64,000 nucleotides of DNA from the NCBI GenBank assembly GCA_041661765.1, contig JBAZTV010000001.1:71755-135754 (forward strand), read 5' to 3'. A model generated the notes under the pieces. That model was not told where the DNA came from. It was given only the letters and a program-made list of their open reading frames with translations, and searched no databases. Position 1 is the first letter of the stretch. The number at the start of each line of letters is the position of its first letter. The position numbers were made by a program, and so were the translations under genes. Shown one piece after another: positions 26,462 to 35,759 of this stretch. Source of the stretch: Candidatus Shapirobacteria bacterium. GTDB taxonomy: Bacteria; Patescibacteriota; Microgenomatia; UBA12405.

Positions 26462-27537
26462 AATTTTAAATTTTTCTTAAAACTAAAAAATAAAGATAAA
26501 AATCCAGTAATACTCAAAAATCGCATTAAAACTAAAATCAAATTTCTCCAAATACTCGATAATTCATATGCCTGCCTATATTCATTAAAAAATATGGTCA
26601 ATAAAAAATAAACACCCAAAAGTAATGATCCAATTTTAAGATATTTACCTTTTTTAAGCGGGATCATCACAATTAATAGAAAAAATGAAAGTGTCGCCAT
26701 TCCCCATTCCAAAAAATATGTTTCTAGAGAAAAATAATTAACTCCTCGAGTCACTAAAGTCACAATAAAACAATAAGAAATTCCTGCTGCCCCACAAAGA
26801 ACAAATAGTAACATTTCTTCTATACTAAAAGATGAAGAAAAACTAGAAAAATATCCACTTAAAAAAGTAATCACTAAAACAAAAAGCATTCCCCAAAAAA
26901 TATATCGTTTAAGTATTTGTTGTGCAGGTATATCAATATTTGTCACCTTTTCTGTTTCTGAAAATAAACACAAAGGCAAACTGCCTGGTACTTTTTGATA
27001 TGTCCCATAAACCGATCTATTTCCTTCATCGATTCCAGTATAAAATTTTCGACTAAAATTATTACCTTTAAGACATTGATCCAAAAGTTCATTGCGAATA
27101 ATTTTAGTTGTCGCCCGTTCATTACTGATATCAAATTCTTTTTGGGCTGTTAATAAATCTCCTTTGTCATTTACTAAATAAGCATTAAGTCGAAGTGTTT
27201 TTTGTTGTTCTACATACAATAATTTTCTTAAATCATCCATGGAAATTGCCTGTCCTCCACTAATTATATTAATAGTATTAATTGATCCTTCATTTTCCAC
27301 AAATTCCAACGGTTCACTTTTATCAGCTAAAAATTGAGAAATAGAATTTTCTTTTTCGTTAGAAAAATTTGTCAAAGTTTTTTCAACTTGATCTATTAAT
27401 TTAATGTAATCTTGGTTAAAAAAAAATTGAATACTTATCATCGCAATCACCAATGCTACCGCAAAAGAAGTTATCGTAAAAAATTGTGATTCATTTATTT
27501 TTTTCATTTCCTTCTCCTCACCAACCCAATAATCCAA
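26458..27537 (-). CDS. Membrane sensor-like protein: N-terminal TM, an extracytoplasmic domain of about 170 aa, and a C-terminal 5-TM region (module B)
   Basis: 359 aa. Same architecture as 21294-23123 but shorter. Confidence 0.5.
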   Translation of the reverse strand: MDYWVGEEKEMKKINESQFFTITSFAVALVIAMISIQFFFNQDYIKLIDQVEKTLTNFSNEKENSISQFLADKSEPLEFVENEGSINTINIISGGQAISMDDLRKLLYVEQQKTLRLNAYLVNDKGDLLTAQKEFDISNERATTKIIRNELLDQCLKGNNFSRKFYTGIDEGNRSVYGTYQKVPGSLPLCLFSETEKVTNIDIPAQQILKRYIFWGMLFVLVITFLSGYFSSFSSSFSIEEMLLFVLCGAAGISYCFIVTLVTRGVNYFSLETYFLEWGMATLSFFLLIVMIPLKKGKYLKIGSLLLGVYFLLTIFFNEYRQAYELSSIWRNLILVLMRFLSITGFLSLFFSFKKNLKL

Positions 27538-30476
27538 GAAATTAAGATTAATATGATTCCACCTCCAATAATAATCATCAGTAGTTTGTTCTCCAAGAAA
27601 TTAGTTGTAGGGGAGGAAGTAAAATCTCCAACTTCAAAATTTTGTTTAAATTCATCTTTAATATTAGTGTTATAAAGTGTGTTTAAGACTAATGTGTATT
27701 TACCTTTATCTAATAACAATCCTTCAAATGTTTTATTAAATACTCCTTCAGTTTGTATAGAGGTATTGTCAATTGATCTATAATATTCTTTTCCATTTGC
27801 ATCAACTATAGTAAATGTCATTTCTACTGGAGTATCTTCTTTTCCAAAACTTACAAATGTTACTCTGGCAGCTAATTCAGATGCTTTAGTTATTTGTGTT
27901 TTATCTACAATTAGGGCGATATCAAAAAGTTGAGATGGAATTTGAGAAACAGGCACAAATCCTTCAGCTGGAGTTGTTGTTTCACCAGTAGTACCTCCCG
28001 TAGTTGTTTCTATTATTCTTCCTCTTGGTGTTGCTGACACCTCATTCGACCAATCACCTGGCATACAATCATTAATTGCTTTTATCTTGAAATAATATCT
28101 AGTTCCACCAGATAATCCTTTGATTGTATAACTAGTAGTATCAGCATTTCCTACATTTGGATTACCGTATTCAATCGATCCAGAAGAAGTTCCATAAGCT
28201 ATTAAATATTTAGTTACTGGATTACTTGCTTTTGACCAAGTTAAAGTCACACTATTATCTCCATTAATTGTATTAGTAATAATTGGTGTCCCTCCTGGTT
28301 TAGTTGCACTACATGCTGGTGCTGCCCAACCAGTACTACTAATTGAAGAGGTGGAAGTTGAAGTAGAAGGTGAGGAGGTTGGGGTAGGGGTGGGTGTTGG
28401 AGTTGGTGTTATTGTTGAAACAGAACTGAAAACAATAAATTTAGTAAAATGTCTCGTCCATACCACTAAATCATTACCAACATCAATTTTACAATCTTCA
28501 TCCACCCCCAATGTCGCACCAGAATCACTCCCACAGGTCGTTGTAATTTCAGTGAATGGTATAGCACTTCTGAGATACCCCACTCTATTTCCCGCTTGAT
28601 CTGGAAACAATATCCTTACTGCTTTATCAAAAGATAATTTAACATCAGTCACTCCAACATCAATTGCCGTTTCCACAGTCCTCGTTTCACCCGAAACCTC
28701 AGGTATCGTCGTCGATATTGCTGTTGGAGCCAACATCATTCCATCCCAACCAATATCTGTACTTGATATTGAAGTTGAAGCCTGAATAGATATTCCCACA
28801 CCATTAACATTATTTGCCAAAATATTTACCTCTGGTAATGTTCCTGATCCACTAGAAATAAACCCACTAAAATCAATTGTTGGACTGGTTATTCCACTAT
28901 TTATTGTAATATTAGCCGGTGTAGTTGAATTTGTAATTACGGCTAAATATTGATTATTACTGCTGATTGTGGCTGTACCACCCACTTGATTAACCACTAA
29001 ATAATTTCTTGAATTTTCAATGTAATATGGAATAAAAGTTGCATTTCCATAAATTAATGATTTTGTAACCTGATAATTTTTACTTCCCCACCAATTATTT
29101 ATAGCACTTACTGTATCCGCAGTATTATTTCGTAAATTATAACTAGTATTACTAAATATCAAATTTTCAGTTATTTCGTATCCACCAATTGAAGTTCCCA
29201 CATCCAAAAAAATTCCTTTATCCCATCCGGAAATATTATTTCCTGTTATCGATGTTGTCACCGCCCCATCACCCAGATCAAAAATAGCGGATGAATTACT
29301 AGTCCCATCACCAGTTAAAGTATTTTCCAAAACACTCACTCCAACAGTATGGCTATTTGGAGTAAATCCCTCCAAACTAATACCACCACGAGGAAAACCA
29401 CTCCCAATTGTATTTAAATATAGTGTTGAATTATTAATATTTGCCTGTTCATTATCTAAATAAATTCCTGTTCCATAAGTATGTCCCGAACCAGAAATGT
29501 CATTATTTTGAATATTCACTTCTGAACTATATCTATCAGTAATTCCAAAATCACAATTAATAATCGTGTTGTTTTCAATCACCGCTCCATCTTGAATATT
29601 TATTACCTCTATTGCCGTATCCCAATCAGCAGTATTATAGTGTAGATCACTAACAACATTTCCCGAAATTGCTGTAACTGTTGCCCCATCATAAACTTTA
29701 ATTCCACCTTGTCGTCGCGTAGTTAAAATTCCACCCCCATTAATTACATTATTATGAATATTTACCGTTATATTTGTGGTTGTTTCTCCAATTTGAATCC
29801 CGCTACTTAAAAAATTAGAGGCCGTACAACCACTAATTTCAACTGCCTTTGCCGAAGTAGTATCAGCATCCGCCCAAAAAGCATGTATTCCACTTTTCCA
29901 CGATTCAGACCCAATCGGTATTACTACATGATCATTATGTATACTACTAACATTCTCAATTACCCCGCTAGTGTTATAAAAAAAGACTCCCCCAAAACGC
30001 ATATCGGGTATTGTTGAACCGAACCAATCTACTCTGTCAGTTGATAACGAAGATGCATCTACTGTTAAATTCTCTACTGTAACCGTACTTCCTATATCAT
30101 TAACCACAATTATCCCCGTTGTCATCCCGGATGGTGTTGTTACATATACATCCAACGAATTTGGTTTAATAACTGTAGTTCCTCCAGTTCCATTTAATAC
30201 TATCGCTTTAGTAATATTAACCTGTTCTACATATTCACCAGTCGCAATATTAAGAGTATCACCATCAACAACTCTAGTATCACCTATGGCATATTGAATA
30301 GTTTGAAAAGCGTTTGCTCCGCTTGCTGTTCCATGAGACCCATCATTAGTTCCACTCGGGTCAACATAATAATCAGTTGCCATTACTTGTTTAGGTTTTA
30401 TTAATAAACCAAACCTCAACAAATTTATTCCAATCAGACACCCAATCAAAAATAAGCCAAAACATTTTCTGTTCAC
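27504..30476 (-). CDS. Giant (990-aa) surface protein: right-handed parallel beta-helix (pectate-lyase/PbH1-like), a (TP)n linker, a fibronectin type III domain, and a C-terminal TM anchor with RRRK tail
   Basis: N-terminal ATDYYVDPSGTNDGSHGT...FQTIQYAIG typical of beta-helix proteins. Repeated NN.I.N/G rungs. TPTPTPTPTP linker. FN3 region (LTWSKASNPVTKYLIAYGTSSG...GTRYYFKIKAIN). Ends GGGIILILISWIIGLVRRRK. Confidence 0.7.
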   Translation of the reverse strand: MNRKCFGLFLIGCLIGINLLRFGLLIKPKQVMATDYYVDPSGTNDGSHGTASGANAFQTIQYAIGDTRVVDGDTLNIATGEYVEQVNITKAIVLNGTGGTTVIKPNSLDVYVTTPSGMTTGIIVVNDIGSTVTVENLTVDASSLSTDRVDWFGSTIPDMRFGGVFFYNTSGVIENVSSIHNDHVVIPIGSESWKSGIHAFWADADTTSAKAVEISGCTASNFLSSGIQIGETTTNITVNIHNNVINGGGILTTRRQGGIKVYDGATVTAISGNVVSDLHYNTADWDTAIEVINIQDGAVIENNTIINCDFGITDRYSSEVNIQNNDISGSGHTYGTGIYLDNEQANINNSTLYLNTIGSGFPRGGISLEGFTPNSHTVGVSVLENTLTGDGTSNSSAIFDLGDGAVTTSITGNNISGWDKGIFLDVGTSIGGYEITENLIFSNTSYNLRNNTADTVSAINNWWGSKNYQVTKSLIYGNATFIPYYIENSRNYLVVNQVGGTATISSNNQYLAVITNSTTPANITINSGITSPTIDFSGFISSGSGTLPEVNILANNVNGVGISIQASTSISSTDIGWDGMMLAPTAISTTIPEVSGETRTVETAIDVGVTDVKLSFDKAVRILFPDQAGNRVGYLRSAIPFTEITTTCGSDSGATLGVDEDCKIDVGNDLVVWTRHFTKFIVFSSVSTITPTPTPTPTPTSSPSTSTSTSSISSTGWAAPACSATKPGGTPIITNTINGDNSVTLTWSKASNPVTKYLIAYGTSSGSIEYGNPNVGNADTTSYTIKGLSGGTRYYFKIKAINDCMPGDWSNEVSATPRGRIIETTTGGTTGETTTPAEGFVPVSQIPSQLFDIALIVDKTQITKASELAARVTFVSFGKEDTPVEMTFTIVDANGKEYYRSIDNTSIQTEGVFNKTFEGLLLDKGKYTLVLNTLYNTNIKDEFKQNFEVGDFTSSPTTNFLENKLLMIIIGGGIILILISWIIGLVRRRK

Positions 30477-30555
30477 AAATAAATAAAACCAAATATAAGT
30501 TAAAAAATGTTAAAAAGTTAACAAAATCTTAAAAATCCTAGCAATTAATCAAATC

Positions 30556-32370
30556 TTAATATCCACCTATAAATTTCATTGTTTCTGTCTGTTCCTCGAT
30601 TGCTTTTTTAGCTGATTGTTCCGGATTTTCTAATACTGACAAAATTAATTCTGGTTTTTCAATCAATTTAATTTCACTTATTTTTTTCCTCGACTTACTT
30701 ATATTTTTTAAAATAGTATTCGAAATTTCAATTAAAACTTCTTTCCAAAATATTTCCTTAAAATCATTTTTACTGGTTGCTTTCTTAAAAATTTCCACTG
30801 CCACCGGATTAATAAATCCTTTTTTTAAATCGTCTTCCCAATCATGCGCATCATCATTTAATTGTCTAGCAATCAAGTAATGCTTAAAAAAAATCCAAAT
30901 ATTTTTTACCTCTAGTGAATTTTTATCAAATCCCAATGAATACAAAATCGCAATTGGTCCCAATGCATGCCCCAAAGATTTTTTAGCCAATTGTAAATAA
31001 TCACCATAATTAGGTATTTGTTTTTCGTTATAACAATTAATAACTTCCCAATAATTAGCCGCATCAATTTCATCCATCGTGTTATTAAAAAAATCAGCAA
31101 AATCAGTTTTTGGCAAAATACCATTATATATAAGTGCCAATTCTCTTAAACACACGTTCGCCATCGACAAAGTTTTTTTATCTCCATCACCATCCAAAAA
31201 ATCATCATAAATTGTATAGGCAATCCATCCATAAAGATTAGCCAATCCACATTTAATAATTAATTTCTTTGACACCCTTTTTCCATTTTTTCCCAAAGAT
31301 TTATAAAAAATATACGGTAAAAGAGTAATACTTTTTTTACAATTTTCTTCAGGTATTTGGGATAAAAAATTTACTCTTTTTTGGGCTATTCGTAGTATTT
31401 CCTGGTGAATTTCACCAGCCATTTTATCCTTTTTTTGATCAGGTTTTTTAATCGTCATTAAAAAATATTTATTTAACGCTTCCACACAAAAAGCTGTCGT
31501 TAAAGACGGGGAGCCAGCATAATAAGTTTCTCTATTTATCGCCGGATCAATACAAAAAGCACTTGCTTTCCAAGAACCATCGTTTTTTTGATTTTTAATT
31601 AAGTAATTAATACTTGGCCATAAAATTTTTAAATCAATTTTTAAATTTAAAAGCGAATTAACCGCCAAGGCTGTATTTAATGGGTTTCCCCAATTATCAC
31701 CATTTTTTTTCGATAAAATTATTTTTATTAATTTTTCCGATTTAAAAAATCTAGAGATAAAATAAACAATTGGATAAATGGAAGGGTAGTAAGGCGATGT
31801 CAAATTTTCTTTTTCGATCGCTAATTTAATTAGCTTATTAATATTTTCTAATTCAATTTCTTGCAATGACAAAAAATAACCAATATTACTATTAACTGCC
31901 AAATCAACATCTTTCCAAACTTTATCAACATTTTTCGAAACCAGCCAAGTTTTATATGGTCCGCCTTCTTTTTTTTCCATCGCCGTCAACAAAGTCACAA
32001 TTTTAACTACTACTGCTCCGTCAATTAATTTTGAATTATATTTATAGATTCCACTCAAAGCACAAAAAGTATCATCAAGATCGTCAGGGTAGGGCATTCT
32101 TTTGTTTTCTTCTGCGTCGCGTTTCCAATAATTAAACGACCAGTGTTCACTTTTTTGAGACAAAAGAAAATTCACTAATCTCTTTTTGATTTCCTCCGAT
32201 TTTTCTACCGAATCTAAACAAGATAAAATTAATGCTGATGGAAAAATAGAATTATATTTTTTAGTCTTATTAAAATTATTTTTATTTGGACTCGACCAAC
32301 TCAAAAAACCACCATCATTTTGTTGTTGACCTTTAATAAAACTAATTGCTCGATCAATATTTTTTTTCAT
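30556..32370 (-). CDS. Cytoplasmic alpha/alpha-toroid protein with class-II terpene-cyclase-like motifs (QW repeats, DxDDT) and a C-terminal domain with DDxxD plus a downstream NDxxHDxxED
   Basis: QQNDGGF and NQKNDGSW (QxxDGxW). YPDDLDDTFCAL (DxDDT). IYDDFLDGD (DDxxD), and about 115 aa later LNDDAHDWEDD. No signal peptide. 604 aa. Confidence 0.4.
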   Translation of the reverse strand: MKKNIDRAISFIKGQQQNDGGFLSWSSPNKNNFNKTKKYNSIFPSALILSCLDSVEKSEEIKKRLVNFLLSQKSEHWSFNYWKRDAEENKRMPYPDDLDDTFCALSGIYKYNSKLIDGAVVVKIVTLLTAMEKKEGGPYKTWLVSKNVDKVWKDVDLAVNSNIGYFLSLQEIELENINKLIKLAIEKENLTSPYYPSIYPIVYFISRFFKSEKLIKIILSKKNGDNWGNPLNTALAVNSLLNLKIDLKILWPSINYLIKNQKNDGSWKASAFCIDPAINRETYYAGSPSLTTAFCVEALNKYFLMTIKKPDQKKDKMAGEIHQEILRIAQKRVNFLSQIPEENCKKSITLLPYIFYKSLGKNGKRVSKKLIIKCGLANLYGWIAYTIYDDFLDGDGDKKTLSMANVCLRELALIYNGILPKTDFADFFNNTMDEIDAANYWEVINCYNEKQIPNYGDYLQLAKKSLGHALGPIAILYSLGFDKNSLEVKNIWIFFKHYLIARQLNDDAHDWEDDLKKGFINPVAVEIFKKATSKNDFKEIFWKEVLIEISNTILKNISKSRKKISEIKLIEKPELILSVLENPEQSAKKAIEEQTETMKFIGGY

Positions 32371-33715
32371 CGGTTTTTTTTCTAACAGGGAATCTAATAG
32401 TAAACAAAGTTCCTTCGTTTAATTTACTTTTCACTTCAACCTTTCCCCCAAATTCTTTTTCTACAATAGTTTTACTTATATAAAGCCCAATCCCTGTACC
32501 CTTTTCAGAATCTTTAGTAGTAAACAACGGATCAAAAATTTTTTGTTTAATTTCTTCACCAATACCGCAACCAAAATCTTCCACCTTTAATATTATTTCG
32601 TCTCTATCAATCTTCAATTCAACAATAATTTTTCTATTTTTATCTCTTTCTACTTCACAATACGAATCTAATGCGTTAGAAATCAAATTACTAACCAATT
32701 GATAAAATCTAACCGGGTTACCAAACGTACTGATTTCTTTTTTACCAATAATACTAAGTTGAATTTTCATTTCTTTAGCTCTATATTCAAAACTTTCCAT
32801 TACCGACACTATTTCTATCCATGGCCTAAAATTACTTTTTGTCTCTTGCTGTTGGATTTGTTTTCTTACTGACACAACCAATTTTTCCATTTGTTTAGTT
32901 CCTTTAATCGCTCTCCTAATAGTGGGTTCAATTTTGTTTAATTCATGTGATATTTTATTTTTTGTTTGCAACTTTATATTACTTAAACTTAAAGATACTT
33001 GTGTTAACGGGTTAGCAATATCATGAAACATTCCTGCTGTTAATCGTCCAAAATCAGCAAATTTATATAAATTTACCATTCTTTCCAATTGAACTGTTTT
33101 TAACTCTTTCGTTCTTTTCTCAACTTCAATTTCCAAATTATCCCGTTCTTTTTTTAATGCAACTTCAGAATTTTTAGCCAGTCTTAAGGCCTTTTCGATT
33201 TCTCTGTTCGACAACCAAGAAACAAGGCAAATAACACATAAAATTACACTTTTCACCAAAGTTGAACCCCATGTTGGTTCTATTGTCCACGAGACATATC
33301 CAATTCGATTATTAATTTGTAAAAAAGTTAAAAGAGATATTAACAACACGTGAATTCCAATCAGAAATAAAGTAAATCTAATCGTAAAAAGTACCCCTGT
33401 TAACACTATTACTAATATCAATAAAATCCAAAAATAAGATATCACCACACCAAAACATATTCCTAGATAATAAGCTATTAAAGATAATATTAAAATCAAA
33501 ATAAACGACGGTACAAACAAATATCCTTTCTTTACTAATCCCAATAAAAACAAAAAAAGACCCAAAAATAAACCAGGAACAAACTCAAACAAAAAATCAT
33601 ATTGCACACCATTTATTACTACATTCACCAAAACTGCAATTAAAGAAAGAAAAATAATCCCACGCAAAATAACTACCAACAACAACAATTTTCGCTCTTT
33701 TTCTTCTCTTAACAA
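32354..33715 (-). CDS. Sensor histidine kinase with an N-terminal 6-TM intramembrane-type domain
   Basis: H-box FHDIANPLTQVSLS. HATPase N/G boxes (GCGIGEE, GTGIGLYISK). About 170 aa of consecutive TM helices with no periplasmic domain. Confidence 0.85.
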   Translation of the reverse strand: MLREEKERKLLLLVVILRGIIFLSLIAVLVNVVINGVQYDFLFEFVPGLFLGLFLFLLGLVKKGYLFVPSFILILILSLIAYYLGICFGVVISYFWILLILVIVLTGVLFTIRFTLFLIGIHVLLISLLTFLQINNRIGYVSWTIEPTWGSTLVKSVILCVICLVSWLSNREIEKALRLAKNSEVALKKERDNLEIEVEKRTKELKTVQLERMVNLYKFADFGRLTAGMFHDIANPLTQVSLSLSNIKLQTKNKISHELNKIEPTIRRAIKGTKQMEKLVVSVRKQIQQQETKSNFRPWIEIVSVMESFEYRAKEMKIQLSIIGKKEISTFGNPVRFYQLVSNLISNALDSYCEVERDKNRKIIVELKIDRDEIILKVEDFGCGIGEEIKQKIFDPLFTTKDSEKGTGIGLYISKTIVEKEFGGKVEVKSKLNEGTLFTIRFPVRKKTDEKKY

Positions 33716-33726
33716 CTTTTAAATCT

Positions 33727-33840
33727 TTAAATTATTTGTTCCCATGGCTCTGCTACCACAATCGACATTACAAACGCTGCCACAGCAACTACATTTCTTG
33801 CTTTTTTATCAGTCAAAACTTTTTTCATTAATTCTTTCAT
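33727..33840 (-). CDS. Putative 37-aa single-TM membrane peptide between the response-regulator and histidine-kinase genes (MKELMKKVLTDKKARNVVAVAAFVMSIVVAEPWEQII)
   Basis: Manual translation. GGAGAT sits 7 nt upstream of the ATG. Not in the supplied ORF track (below the length cut-off). Confidence 0.35.
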   Translation of the reverse strand: MKELMKKVLTDKKARNVVAVAAFVMSIVVAEPWEQII

Positions 33841-33895
33841 TTTTTTATCTCCTAAATTAATAATTAATTAATAATAATTATAACCAAAAGTTAAT

Positions 33896-34564
33896 TCAAG
33901 TAGCAATTTTATATCCCAAGCTATGCACCGATTTAATCATCTTAACTCCAAACTGTCGATCAATTTTATTTCTTAAATAATTAATATGAACATCAACAGT
34001 ATTAGTCAACTGATTTGTATCACTTTCCCATACATGCTCCAAAATCATACTTCTCGTCAATACTTTACCAGCATTACGCATTAAATATTCTAATAATCTA
34101 AATTCCTTCAATCTAAGTTCAATTCTATCCCCTTTATATTCAGCTGTATTAGAAACAGTATCTAAAATTAAACCATTAACTGATAATTTATCAGATGAAA
34201 AACCATTTGGAGCCCGTCTTATTAAAGCTTGTAGCCTGGCATGAAGTTCTTCAAAACTAAATGGCTTAGTTAAATAATCATCCGCCCCTAAATTAAGAGC
34301 ATTAATTTTATCCCTCGTTTCTGATTTTCCTGTTAGCATTATAATCGGTGTTTTAATTTCACCTTCTCTAATATTTCGGCAAACTTGAAATCCATCAATA
34401 TCAGGCAAAACCACATCCAGTACTATTGCATCATAATCATTATCAAACACCAAATCCTCTCCTTTTTGCCCAGTATAGGCTATATCGATTGCATAATAAA
34501 CTTTTAACATTTCCTTAATCGAACTTGCCGTTTGTCTTTCATCCTCAATTAACAAAATTTTCAT
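33896..34564 (-). CDS. OmpR-family response regulator
   Basis: Receiver residues (DE...D...T/K) and a C-terminal winged helix. Paralog of 52019-52687. Confidence 0.85.
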   Translation of the reverse strand: MKILLIEDERQTASSIKEMLKVYYAIDIAYTGQKGEDLVFDNDYDAIVLDVVLPDIDGFQVCRNIREGEIKTPIIMLTGKSETRDKINALNLGADDYLTKPFSFEELHARLQALIRRAPNGFSSDKLSVNGLILDTVSNTAEYKGDRIELRLKEFRLLEYLMRNAGKVLTRSMILEHVWESDTNQLTNTVDVHINYLRNKIDRQFGVKMIKSVHSLGYKIAT

Positions 34565-34679
34565 ATTTAATCAAAAGTTACTTAATAATAACTTAATTTG
34601 CAATTAATTAAACAACAGAAAGATTAAAAAAATCTAAGAAAAACTAAGTAAATTAAATTTAAATATATTTTATTCGAAT

Positions 34680-35759
34680 TTAAAATGTAGACACGAATCC
34701 AATCACAAAAACTATCAAAATCAAAATAATTAAACTAAAAATAAAATAATTATTTTTAAGTTTAAACATTATCAGACAAATTATTATTGTTGAGACAAAA
34801 ATACTTCCAGCTCCAATTACTCCCAAAATTGTCCCAAAAGATAAATTAAAAAGTAATAATGTTGTTATTGGTAAAACTACTGCTAGTAAACTAGATATTT
34901 TTTCTGTCACTTTAAAATCACGATAAAAAATTTCATGAAAAACATTCATAAAATTTATAGACCCCTTAAAAGTGGTCAATATTCCAAAAACAGCTATTAT
35001 CCCTGCTATTAAATAAGAAGTTTTAGCCAGTCCTGTCACACTATCTTCAGTTAAATTATCCCCAACTAATTTTATTATTGAATAACTAAAAATTACATAA
35101 ACTATAAAAGCCAACAACAATCCCATAATTGAAGCCCACGCCAACTTTGTTTTTACTTTTTCTCCACCATCCAATAGATCTTTCATCTCTGGTATCACTG
35201 TAAAACCTGATAATGCAAACACTACCACCCCAAAAAAAGTGAAATTAAAATTTTGTAATTCAATTTTTGGAAACGGATTAATCAAAACAATTTGTAATAA
35301 TAAAAAAACAATAAATATAGCCACGAAAGGTAAAAAATCCAAAATAATTTTAATTTTTTTTATTTTTAATAAATACCCCAATATTATCAATAATAAAAAA
35401 AACATTACTGATAAAAAACTATTTATTGGCCATAAAATTTGGATAAATCCTGACCCTAATTTAATATATGCCAACACTGCTCCCAATCCAGAAACAATCA
35501 AACTCGTTGCCGCTAAATATTTAAATTTTTCACCCAAATATTTTTTAGCATAACCTGATAATTGGTGGTCGCCCGGTGTGTTGCTAATAATTTGTACATA
35601 AAAAATATTAACCACTGCTGTTACCAAAGCAATTAAAAACATTCCAATTATTGCCCAAAAAAAGTTAGAATTATATAAAAAGTAGGGGAGAGCAAATATT
35701 CCTGCTCCCATTATTCCCGAAAATTGTAGCAGTACCGCCCTTATAAATTTACTTTTCAT
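34680..35759 (-). CDS. Amino-acid permease, Trp/Tyr-permease-like family (tentative)
   Basis: 11 predicted TM helices. N-terminal GIMGAGIFALP motif resembles aromatic/hydroxy amino-acid permeases. Confidence 0.4.
   Translation of the reverse strand: MKSKFIRAVLLQFSGIMGAGIFALPYFLYNSNFFWAIIGMFLIALVTAVVNIFYVQIISNTPGDHQLSGYAKKYLGEKFKYLAATSLIVSGLGAVLAYIKLGSGFIQILWPINSFLSVMFFLLLIILGYLLKIKKIKIILDFLPFVAIFIVFLLLQIVLINPFPKIELQNFNFTFFGVVVFALSGFTVIPEMKDLLDGGEKVKTKLAWASIMGLLLAFIVYVIFSYSIIKLVGDNLTEDSVTGLAKTSYLIAGIIAVFGILTTFKGSINFMNVFHEIFYRDFKVTEKISSLLAVVLPITTLLLFNLSFGTILGVIGAGSIFVSTIIICLIMFKLKNNYFIFSLIILILIVFVIGFVSTF

Noticed and set aside
28380-28425. Short GT/GG-rich tandem repeat (ggtgttggagttggtgtt...)
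   Set aside because: It is simply the reverse complement of the codons for the (TP)n and S/T linker of the 990-aa protein. Low-complexity coding, not a regulatory repeat.
30556-32370. Interpreting the QW/DxDD protein as a lanthipeptide LanC-like cyclase or a protein prenyltransferase beta-subunit
   Set aside because: It lacks LanC zinc ligands (no conserved Cys-Cys-His triad pattern) and the GxxG repeats. It has DxDDT, which is not a prenyltransferase-beta feature. The terpene-cyclase-like reading is kept, but only as a hypothesis.
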